The position numbers and the translations under genes are program-made. The notes under the pieces are model-generated. The model had not been told where the DNA came from. It made no database searches and was given only the letters and a program-made list of their open reading frames with translations. From assembly GCA_964016885.1 (NCBI GenBank), contig OZ024762.1, positions 11,780,001 to 11,844,000 on the forward strand: DNA of 64,000 nucleotides. The letters run 5' to 3'. Below, in pieces: positions 12,371 through 23,170 of the stretch. This DNA comes from Eledone cirrhosa. Its lineage: Eukaryota. Each line of letters starts with the position of its first letter. Position 1 is the stretch's first letter.

Positions 12371-13490
12371 GTAACATGTATGTTTAGTTAGAAGAGGTAG
12401 CTGCGTGTATATATTTAGTTTTGTTTCTTTAAAAGACATGGCAACTTACTTTTGTCTCTCAATAATGTGTGTGTATATACGGCAAATAAAACTTTACATA
12501 CCTCTTTACACGAACGTAAAATCCAAGTAAATAGAATGATGTTACCGCTTCAATACACTGAAGAGAAATGACAACAAAGTAAGAAGAGTTCCACAAACCG
12601 GAAGTAGTTCAATGTAAACAAAGGGCAAATAATTCAAATTGAGGGGAGATAACTCTCGTCAAATTGTTTGGCAAAAACTCATGCGAGGGGGAGAGCATGA
12701 GTTTTTCGGTATGGCATGACCACTCGATCGTGTCTGAAGTTCCCGCAACGATTCGAACTTCAGACACGATCGAGTGGTCATGCCATACCGAAGTACGACA
12801 ACGAAGCCAGAAACGCTACGTGCAGCGCCACGCACAAGCCGCAATTCTACAGAGTCAAATAGTCATACTTATAGCTAAACATTTTCCTTCTTTTTTAAAA
12901 AAAAAAAGAAACGGAAAGAAAGCAAGATAACACGACATATTCCGAGTGTTATCTCGTTTTCTTTCCGTTTCTCTTTCTATATAAATATAACGGGATATAT
13001 AGCCATTAAGGAACTGCTAGTGTTTTGTACATATATAACGGGATATACACGAATAGAAGCCAGGGAATATGTAGTAAGGGGTTGACTTATATAGGGAGTC
13101 AATAGTTTGACCATTTTTGCCCACTTCTCAGACATAAGATAAGGAGGAGGGTCACCTTATATTCGAGTATTTTGTACATCTATTCGTGTTAGACTAGACC
13201 GGCATCATCATGGGTAGAGCCGACCGGGTGCTACTGCGTTGAACGAGACTAAGGCTGTGATGGTCCTCAGGGCACTGCTGTCAATCGTCTTTGTGAGGGG
13301 CCACGTTTCTGCTCCATAGAGGAGAAGACTGATGCATCTTTTCAGAACAATTAATATGTAGGTAACATAGCCTTAGAGAGATCTGTATTTGTAATAGTTA
13401 GTATCGATTTGGGTAATCTTAAGACCATGATTCCAATCATCAATATATGTATTGATTAAACCTAAATATAGTATATAAAGAAGTGGATTT
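12371..13490 (-). repeat. Inverted copy of the arm-terminal module (GC-rich core, hairpin, one 48-bp unit, pogo/Tigger-like MITE end); mirrored at about 26700-27820
   Basis: 12371-13060 is the reverse complement of parts of 3155-4525. 13060-13490 matches 36660-37140 in direct orientation. Confidence 0.85.
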
Positions 13491-14199
13491 TAAAATATGC
13501 AATGATAGTGTCGAGAGAAGGCTTAGTTAGTTACTTCTAACAATGTACCACTATGAATAAGACAGAAGGCGGTGTATGTAGATAGAATGTTTAGTTTTCC
13601 TGAGTATGAAGGGGTTTTAGTTATTATTCTTAGTAAAAAGATGGTTATATTATACATATACGTCTCTAACATTCCTCCTGTATATGAAGGGTAGTGAAAT
13701 ATATTCTTGTGTCTCAGGAATAGCTACGTGTTTATCGATGAATTTAAGGGACAACTAAAACATTACATACCTCTTTAGAAGAATGAAGGTGTATATATAA
13801 ATGTAGCTTTATATGTGTATATTGATCTAGATAGGAAACTTTTCTTCCAGTGTATGGATTATAGAGGTGAATGCAATCACTAAAGAATGTTAATATATAT
13901 CTAAGACTGTATTTTCGAGTGTTTAGCAATGAATTAAAATATACATGGCAAATAAAGCGTTCGTATAGGTAAATTAGAGGGTATTTTACCTCAGCTAAAG
14001 AACATTTATATATATATAAATCTAGTTTTGTGTGTATTTAGGTTTAAATAAAACAATATGTACGTCTCTAGAATCTTTCTGTATATAGAATAATTGTTTC
14101 TACTTTTGGCACAAGGCCAGCAATTATCCAGTGCATTACTGGTACTTTATTTTATCGACCCCATAAGGATGAAAGGCATATAGAATAATGTATGTCTGT

Positions 14200-15290
14200 G
14201 AGTGTATATACGGCAAATAAAACATTACATACCTCTCACCATTAGTATAATATCCAGACTGATTCTATCAAATTACACGAGTAAATCCAAACGATGTTAA
14301 CAGTTTAATTCAATAAAGAAGAATGACAACAAACGAGAATAGTTCCAATCAGGGGCAAGTAATTCAAACGATAACTCTCGGCGAATTTTTTAGTAAAAAA
14401 TCAATGCGAGGCGGGGATGCAGGCCAGCATAACGCCGGGCTGCTGCCGCCGCAACGATTCGATCTTCAGACACATAGAATGGTCATGCCATACCGAAGTA
14501 CGACAGCGAAGTCCGAAACGTTACGTGCAGCGCCATGCACAGAGCGCAACTCTACCGAGTAAATTAGTCATACTTATAGTTAGAATTTTATTTATTAAAA
14601 AAATATATATATAGAGAAACGGAATGAAGACGAGATAACTGAGGGCGTGGAGAAATATCTCTTTCTGAATATATTTCGTATGGTGAGAGTTGAGATCTCT
14701 ACCGAATAATTATCAATATTATACTTCGTCTCCGAAATATTTTCAGAAAGAAATTACTTTTTCACGACCGTGTTACCTTACTTTCATCCCGTTTCTATAT
14801 GTAACAAGTTTAAACTACTAGTATTTAATACATATATATATATACAGAACAATAAGTATATTTACTTCAAGATAGTAATGTTTATGTTAATACAGAAAAT
14901 AAAAAATGCAAACCATCGATCTTAGTAATTAGTATCAATCACTAATTATCTATTTTGGTAATAAGCATCTTAAGACCATGATTTCCTTCATCGATATGTG
15001 ATTAGACCAAAATTTAGTATAATATATAAAGACTGTTCTCAGCTTATGACCAGTTTGCTTGGTGTTAAGTGTCTGAGAGTACAAGACTCTCCCTGGATAG
15101 TACGCTGGTCTACCACAGGACTAACTCCTCGGCTGTGAGTACTGGAGCAATGTGATGAATGCAGAACTTCCAAACTGTGAGAGTTACATGCATGCATGGA
15201 CCTGCAACTCCTAAGGGAGTCATACAGGCCACACATTGACATACAGTATTTCTAGGGCACTTTTTAAAACCTGTCAGACCCATCTCCTCT
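14200..15290 (-). repeat. Older, more diverged copy of the same module; mirrored at about 24900-25990
   Basis: Shares ggtcatgccataccgaagtacgacagcgaag with the other copies, and 15030-15280 matches 37150-37385. Confidence 0.75.
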
Positions 15291-17020
15291 CCAGGTCTGA
15301 ATACAGCAGATTTCTTCCAGAGAAACAGAAGAATCAACCTCAATACTAGACTGGTACTTTGTTTTATCAACCTCAAATGGATGAAAGGCAAAGTTGACCT
15401 CAGCAGGATTTTAATTCAGAGAACTGAAGGCATTTTCTGTTACATTCATATATACATACTTACTTTGTCTAATAAACAAAACATCTTCTCTCTACACACA
15501 CACAACATATAAAGCTACATTTATATATACCTCTTCTAAGAAATTAAACCTACTCTAGACTTACACATAGATACAGTTATATATAAATACTTACCTTGTC
15601 AAATAAACACAACTAAATCTCTCTAGTCAGACACACAAAGCTACATTTATATAAACATTCTTCTCTACAAAAGAGGATCAGCTGAAAAGCTCATAGGCTG
15701 GCTTTGAAGAAGTGATGCTAGAACTGCGAGATATTGTGGTTAGGTTCATTATCATAGGACTTGGTGGAGCAATCAAAATTCACTGCCAACTCATGTACAA
15801 CTTTATGATGTTCTTGATTCATCGGTGAAAAAGAATGACTCTGATAGTTCTGTTTCATGTGAGGAAGACAAAAGGAAACCTTCAGAGTGTGCATTGAGCA
15901 ATATGGGATATTTCTAGAATGTAACTAATGCCAACTTGAATCATCCTTGGACATCATCATACATAGTATATATATATAGTGTGTTTAGTACAGTGTAGTT
16001 GTAGCTAACTAGGTATTTGGTTTTATGAAATGAAAGGGACAAAAAAACAAACTATATATATACACTGATACTTCAATGTGTTATAAGTAATCCAATACCA
16101 CTGTTGGATACATAGAGTGCTTAATCCTGCTTACACCAAAGTTTATGGATTAAGGTGGTGCAAACACAACACTTAAATAAAGGAAACAATATATGGCCAT
16201 AGTACAGAAAATTCTTATAATATATATATATATATATATATATACATCTCGGGCTGGATTCTGTTGAGGGTCTTTGCCACACGTGACATCAATGAGATTC
16301 CCCTCAAACTCCTTCTCTTCCTTCCTGTAATCTCGTTGATCATCATCCAGCTCTCTTTACACTTACATATATATATATATATACACTGACCTCCTACAAG
16401 GTTACATCTCAAAGGAGGTTTACACCAGTTCTTTTATCCAGAAACTTTTTCAGGAACTGTGGACAAGGAGTTTCTTATGGTTGTAGGTTTTTTGAAAGGG
16501 GAAAAATAACAGAAGGTGATTGTCGTGTGAAGGAGGAAGATTGGTAGAGCAATGGACTCCACAGACACTGGTAAGGGTAACTTAGAACAGGATGGAAAGG
16601 TATTCATGGTGAGTGAAAAACCTAACCATTGTTTCAGCTACAGCGGCAGAGGAATCAAGTTATGGTGGGTTTGAAGAAAACAGAGTTGGATGTCTTCAAT
16701 GTAGTGACTATATAGACCAGAGGCTTTCAACATAACTGATGAGTGTTTCAGTGGAGACCAGCAACCTCTGAGGAGCAGGGACTACAGTAGTAGAGATAGA
16801 ATAGGCAGAGGGAACGGCATATTTAGGGGCTGGGGAGAAGCAGAGACCACTGTAGTAGAGGTAGAGAGGGAACAGCATATTTAGGGTTGGGGAGGAGCAG
16901 AGACCATTGTAGTAGAGGTAGAGAGGGAACATCATATTTATGGGCTGGGGAGGAGCAGAGACCATTGTAGTAGAGGTATAATGTGCAGAAGGAGGAGAGG
17001 CAATAATTGTGGACCAGAGC

Positions 17021-17310
17021 ATGTTGAATTGTTGATAAAGCTGGAGTGTCATCCCTTAATGTAGCAACCTTGTCAACATGAATGTCCTTGGGGGATAAAC
17101 CCCTTTTCCACAGGTACTTGATAATACCACGATGCCAAATGTCCATTTTCAAGAGGTCATTACTAATTACATTTGAAGTCCTCTTTCAACAGTCAGATGT
17201 CAGTTTACTTGGAAAGAAACAATGCAGTTATTAATAAGAAGAGTTGAAATTAATTCATGCAAGATTTCCCAGCTCTAGCATCAGTCCTTCATAGTCAGCC
17301 AACCTTCGTA
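17021..17310 (-). mobile_element. Mariner (Tc1/mariner) 5' end with transposase N-terminal HTH fragment
   Basis: MDIWHRGIIKYLWKRGLSPKDIHVDKVATLRDDTPALSTIQ resembles the mariner N-terminal helix-turn-helix. The terminus is TA-flanked (tacgaaggttggctga). Confidence 0.75.
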
Positions 17311-18669
17311 CTTCTGCTGGGTCAAGCCCGACGGGGGCTGACGTCTTAAACAAGCCCCAACAAATAAGAAAGATTTAGAAGAGAATATACTAATTACTAG
17401 ATATTCACACAAAAGTGACATTAGAATTATTGCTGGAAATAGCAGCCAAATATTTATCGTTCGCCACGTTTTAAAATAATGAAGGACACATTAGAAGATG
17501 TAGTTTTAGATGGTCATATATACACATATTGTTCAACGCTGGAATCTCATTGATTCTATATACATAAGTCGGTTCTCAGAGGACCTAGTCAGGTTGTGGG
17601 AACCGTTTGTCCCCCGTGTAAAAATTTGGCGTATATATATATAATTTCGAGTATATATATATATATATATACTTATATATGTCTGTATGCATTTTGTTGG
17701 GATTTAAATGGTGAAAATTTCATAAGGTAGCTGTTGTTTACTTTCATCGACAAGTCAGACCTGAGCGATCAAGACATATATTTACAAATACATAATCAAA
17801 AGTAAAAACATTGTTAATATCTTCCTACCGAGATAAAATATAAAATATTGTATTTACATGTGTCACAGCTAATTCACCTCCGTAATTCTTAGGAAACCTG
17901 GCTTCTATTTCTAGCAAGTGGAGCGTAGACGTAGAGACGTGTTGCTGTTGTTTACTTTTATTCACAGGTCTTGAACGAGCAAGACAAGATGACCCGACAT
18001 GTGTGTAATCGATGGTATACCTGCCGTGACCATCCTGTGTTTATATGATTATCAAGGTACCCACATCTACACCGTTGAATGCACCTTTCATTGTTTTAAA
18101 AGGGGTTGTAGAAGACAACATCTGAGGGTGAGAGGCCGGAGATCGTTAGTGAGTGGCTTTAAATTAATTAGCCATGATTCTATGAAATAAAGAAGCGAAA
18201 TCACTTTGAAGAAAAATAGGAGAACAATAGTAATTATTATGAGGCCGGTGTAGCGATTACATATTGCCCTTTGTTTACATTAACCCCTCCCGACATCATG
18301 GTAATTAGATATTCAGATTACAGGGAGGTGTGGGATGGAATTAATTCTTTTATTTATTTACTTATATCAAACAACAAACACGGTGGCAAGGAGTAAATTA
18401 AAAAAACTCGCCTTTCTTTTAAAATAAAATTCAAGCCTAACCTCTCCCATGATGCAACGGGGCAGGTAAATGATTTGGCGATTTAGCGACATCAGTTCCT
18501 TAAATTTCACCAGGACGAAATCTCAAGAACGATAACTCTGTCTTTACTTAATCGCAAAAATGGGTGCAAAAATTATTTCGAATCAACACTTGCTATGGAC
18601 GAAAACGACAATATTAAAAGTATTTTGTGGATTTTTAATAGGTGAACACATCATTATATATATATACAT

Positions 18670-18707
<38 letters not shown>

Positions 18708-18819
18708 ATATCCATATATATACATGTATATATATATATATACACATATACTCTTTTACCTGTTTCAGCCATCCGGCTGAGGCCATGCTGGGACACCGCC
18801 CTTGTTGCTACACATTTTA

Positions 18820-18980
18820 TCTCCAGCCTGTATAGGTTGGCCACTGGTGTAAGAGTGAGTTTGTTGCTGCTGCCCTTAGGTTTCCCTTGTGTCTTGCTGT
18901 GGGCTCATCCGTGATCCTGGATAACAAGGTGTCGAGATGTTTCTTGAAGACATCCACCTCCACGTCATGCAAATCTCTCA
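18820..18980 (-). mobile_element. CR1-like LINE 3' end fragment (mirror at 21210-21370, +)
   Basis: RDLHDVEVDVFKKHLDTLLSRITDEPT...RAAATNSLLHQ resembles CR1-group ORF2 C-termini. Confidence 0.55.
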
Positions 18981-19058
18981 TGTATATATATATACATGTA
19001 TATATATATATACATGTATATATATATATACATGTATATATAACTGTATATATATATA

Positions 19059-19987
19059 TAGCATCACTCCTCCATAGGATGACCAAGATACTCTCATGGA
19101 ATGTCCAAATGAGGTTTATTTTTCAACATGCAAGATTGCACAGCTCTAGCATCACTCCTTCATAGGCTGACCAAGATACTCTCATGGAATGACCAAATGA
19201 GGTTTATTTTTCAACATGCAAGATTGCACAGCTCTAGCATCACTCCTTGATAGGCTGACCAAGATACTCTCATGGAATGACCAAATGAGGTATATTTTTC
19301 AACATGCAAGATTGCACAGCCCTAGCATCACTCCTTCATAGGCTGACCAAGATACTCTCATGGAATGACCAAATGAGGTTTATTTTTCAACATGCAAGAT
19401 TGCACAGCTCTAGCATCACTCCTTCATAGGCTGACCAAGATACTCTCATGGAATGACCAAATGAGGTATATTTTTCAACATGCAAGATTGCACAGCTCTA
19501 GCATCACTCCTTCATAGGCTGACCAAGATACTCTCATGGAATGACCAAATGAGGTTTATTTTTCAACATGCAAGATTTCACAACTCTAGCATCACTCCTT
19601 CATAGGCTGACCAAGATACTCTCATGGAATGACCAAATGAGGTTTATTTTTCAACATGCAAGATTGCACAGCTCTAGCATCACTCCTTCATAGGCTGACC
19701 AAGATACTCTCATGGAATGACCAAATGAGGTTTATTTTTCAACATGCAAGATTTCACAGCCCTAGCATCACTCCTTCATAGGCTGACCAAGATACTCTCA
19801 TGGAATGACCAAATGAGGTTTATTTTTCAACATGCAAGATTTCACAGCTCTAGCATCACTCCTTCATAGGCTGACCAAGATACTCTCATGGAATGACCAA
19901 ATGAGGTTTATTTTTCAACATGCAAGATTGCAAGCATCACTCTTTCATAGTGAGCCTATGAACTTTTAAGCCTACCTTATATGCAAA
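19059..19987 (+). repeat. 88-bp tandem array derived from mariner termini (about 10 copies plus terminus)
   Basis: Units start at 19059, 19147, ... 19851. Part of the unit matches the mariner end at 17257-17300. Confidence 0.9.
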
Positions 19988-20460
19988 AATTACTAAGAAA
20001 TTAGAAATAATTTTTGCGATTAAGTAAATACAGGGTTATCGTTCTTGAGATTTCGGGTCAGAGAAATTTCAGGAACTGATGTCGCTAAATCGCCAAATCA
20101 TTTACCTGCCCCGTTGCCTCATGGGAGAGTAATGGCTGCCTTTTATTTTTTAAACGATGGCAGAATCTTTAGTTTCTTTCGCAGCATCTTGTTTCTTGTT
20201 TCATATAAGTAAATAATTACAACATTTTGGCGAGAAAGATATTAAAACGACTGACATGGTTTTCGAAAAATAAAAGGCAGCCATTACCCTCCCATGATGC
20301 AAAGGGGCAGGTAAATGATTTGGCGATTTAGCGACATCAGTTCCTGAAATTTCACCAGGAGGAAATCTCAAGAACGATAACTCCGTCTTTACTTAATCGC
20401 AAAAATGGGTGCAAAAATTATTTCTAATTTCTTAGTAATTATTTGTATATACTTACATTG
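19988..20460. mobile_element. Foldback/MITE-like element forming the palindrome centre (imperfect ~165-bp TIRs, ~115-bp loop)
   Basis: 19988-20150 is an imperfect reverse complement of about 20267-20440. Related half-copies lie at about 18350-18580 and 21610-21840. Confidence 0.75.
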
Positions 20461-21132
20461 TTTGCATATAAGGTAGGCTTAAAAGTTCATAGGCTCACTA
20501 TGAAAGAGTGATGCTAGGGCTGTACAATCTTGCATGTTGAAAAATAAACCTCATTTGGTCATTCCATGAGAGTATCTTGGTCAGCCTATGAAGGAGTGAT
20601 GCTAGGGCTGTGAAATCTTGCATGTTGAAAAATAAACCTCATTTGGTCATTCCATGAGAGTATCTTGGTCAGTCTATGAAGGAGTGATGCTAGGGCTGTG
20701 CAATCTTGCATGTTGAAAAATAAACCTCATTTGGTCATTCCATGAGAGTATCTTGGTCAGCCTATGAAGGAGTGATGCTAGGGCTGTGAAATCTTGCATG
20801 TTGAAAAATAAACCTCATTTGGTCATTCCATGAGAGTATCTTGGTCAGCCTATGAAGGAGTGATGCTAGAGCTGTGCAATCTTGCATGTTGAAAAATAAA
20901 CCTCATTTGGTCATTCCATGAGAGTATCTTGGTCAGCCTATGAAGGAGTGATGCTAGAGCTGTGAAATCTTGCATGTTGAAAAATAAACCTCATTTGGTC
21001 ATTCCATGAGAGTATCTTGGTCAGCCTATGAAGGAGTGATGCTAGAGCTGTGCAATCTTGCATGTTGAAAAATAAACCTCATTTGGACATTCCATGAGAG
21101 TATCTTGGTCATCCTATGGAGGAGTGATGCTA
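20461..21132 (-). repeat. 88-bp tandem array, inverted (7 copies plus terminus)
   Basis: Reverse-complement units with gatgcta ending at 20516, 20604, ... 21132. Confidence 0.9.
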
Positions 21133-21483
21133 TATATATATATACAGTTATATATACATGTATATATATATATACATGTATATATATATATACATGTATA
21201 TATATATACATGAGAGATTTGCATGACGTGGAGGTGGATGTCTTCAAGAAACATCTCGACACCTTGTTATCCAGGATCACGGATGAGCCCACAGCAAGAC
21301 ACAAGGGAAACCTAAGGGCAGCAGCAACAAACTCACTCTTACACCAGTGGCCAACCTATACAGGCTGGAGATAAAATGTGTAGCAACAAGGGCGGTGTCC
21401 CAGCATGGCCTCAGCCGGATGGCTGAAACAGGTAAAAGAGTATATGTGTATATATATATATATACATGTATATATATGGATAT

Positions 21484-21521
<38 letters not shown>

Positions 21522-22880
21522 ATGTATATATATATAATGATGTGTTCACCTATTAAAAATCCACAAAATACTTTTAATATTGTCGTTTTCGTCCATAGCA
21601 AGTGTTGATTCGAAATAATTTTTGCACCCATTTTTGCGATTAAGTAAAGACAGAGTTATCGTTCTTGAGATTTCGTCCTGGTGAAATTTAAGGAACTGAT
21701 GTCGCTAAATCGCCAAATCATTTACCTGCCCCGTTGCATCATGGGAGAGGTTAGGCTTGAATTTTATTTTAAAAGAAAGGCGAGTTTTTTTAATTTACTC
21801 CTTGCCACCGTGTTTGTTGTTTGATATAAGTAAATAAATAAAAGAATTAATTCCATCCCACACCTCCCTGTAATCTGAATATCTAATTACCATGATGTCG
21901 GGAGGGGTTAATGTAAACAAAGGGCAATATGTAATCGCTACACCGGCCTCATAATAATTACTATTGTTCTCCTATTTTTCTTCAAAGTGATTTCGCTTCT
22001 TTATTTCATAGAATCATGGCTAATTAATTTAAAGCCACTCACTAACGATCTCCGGCCTCTCACCCTCAGATGTTGTCTTCTACAACCCCTTTTAAAACAA
22101 TGAAAGGTGCATTCAACGGTGTAGATGTGGGTACCTTGATAATCATATAAACACAGGATGGTCACGGCAGGTATACCATCGATTACACACATGTCGGGTC
22201 ATCTTGTCTTGCTCGTTCAAGACCTGTGAATAAAAGTAAACAACAGCAACACGTCTCTACGTCTACGCTCCACTTGCTAGAAATAGAAGCCAGGTTTCCT
22301 AAGAATTACGGAGGTGAATTAGCTGTGACACATGTAAATACAATATTTTATATTTTATCTCGGTAGGAAGATATTAACAATGTTTTTACTTTTGATTATG
22401 TATTTGTAAATATATGTCTTGATCGCTCAGGTCTGACTTGTCGATGAAAGTAAACAACAGCTACCTTATGAAATTTTCACCATTTAAATCCCAACAAAAT
22501 GCATACAGACATATATAAGTATATATATATATATATATACTCGAAATTATATATATATACGCCAAATTTTTACACGGGGGACAAACGGTTCCCACAACCT
22601 GACTAGGTCCTCTGAGAACCGACTTATGTATATAGAATCAATGAGATTCCAGCGTTGAACAATATGTGTATATATGACCATCTAAAACTACATCTTCTAA
22701 TGTGTCCTTCATTATTTTAAAACGTGGCGAACGATAAATATTTGGCTGCTATTTCCAGCAATAATTCTAATGTCACTTTTGTGTGAATATCTAGTAATTA
22801 GTATATTCTCTTCTAAATCTTTCTTATTTGTTGGGGCTTGTTTAAGACGTCAGCCCCCGTCGGGCTTGACCCAGCAGAAG

Positions 22881-23170
22881 TACGAAGGTTGGCTGACTAT
22901 GAAGGACTGATGCTAGAGCTGGGAAATCTTGCATGAATTAATTTCAACTCTTCTTATTAATAACTGCATTGTTTCTTTCCAAGTAAACTGACATCTGACT
23001 GTTGAAAGAGGACTTCAAATGTAATTAGTAATGACCTCTTGAAAATGGACATTTGGCATCGTGGTATTATCAAGTACCTGTGGAAAAGGGGTTTATCCCC
23101 CAAGGACATTCATGTTGACAAGGTTGCTACATTAAGGGATGACACTCCAGCTTTATCAACAATTCAACAT
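22881..23170 (+). mobile_element. Mariner 5' end with transposase N-terminal fragment (mirror copy)
   Basis: N-terminus of ORF 23039-23368; mirror of 17021-17310. Confidence 0.75.

Larger units (their letters stand above)
3146..19987 (+). repeat. Left arm of giant inverted repeat (palindrome)
   Basis: ORFs in the track are mirrored with constant coordinate sums: 40191 for 11-19 kb and 39899-39903 for 3.9-8.1 kb. The boundary tccccatcttctattcgtgtata matches the reverse complement ending at 36660. Confidence 0.97.

Noticed and set aside
15743-15920. Short open frame VHYHRTWWSNQNSLP...MGYF* after a ttag, possibly a captured exon
   Set aside because: The acceptor is weak, I found no partner exon, and I recognise no homology.
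19059-21132. CRISPR-like regular array
   Set aside because: The units are contiguous near-identical 88-mers with no unique spacers, the context is eukaryotic, and there are no cas genes.
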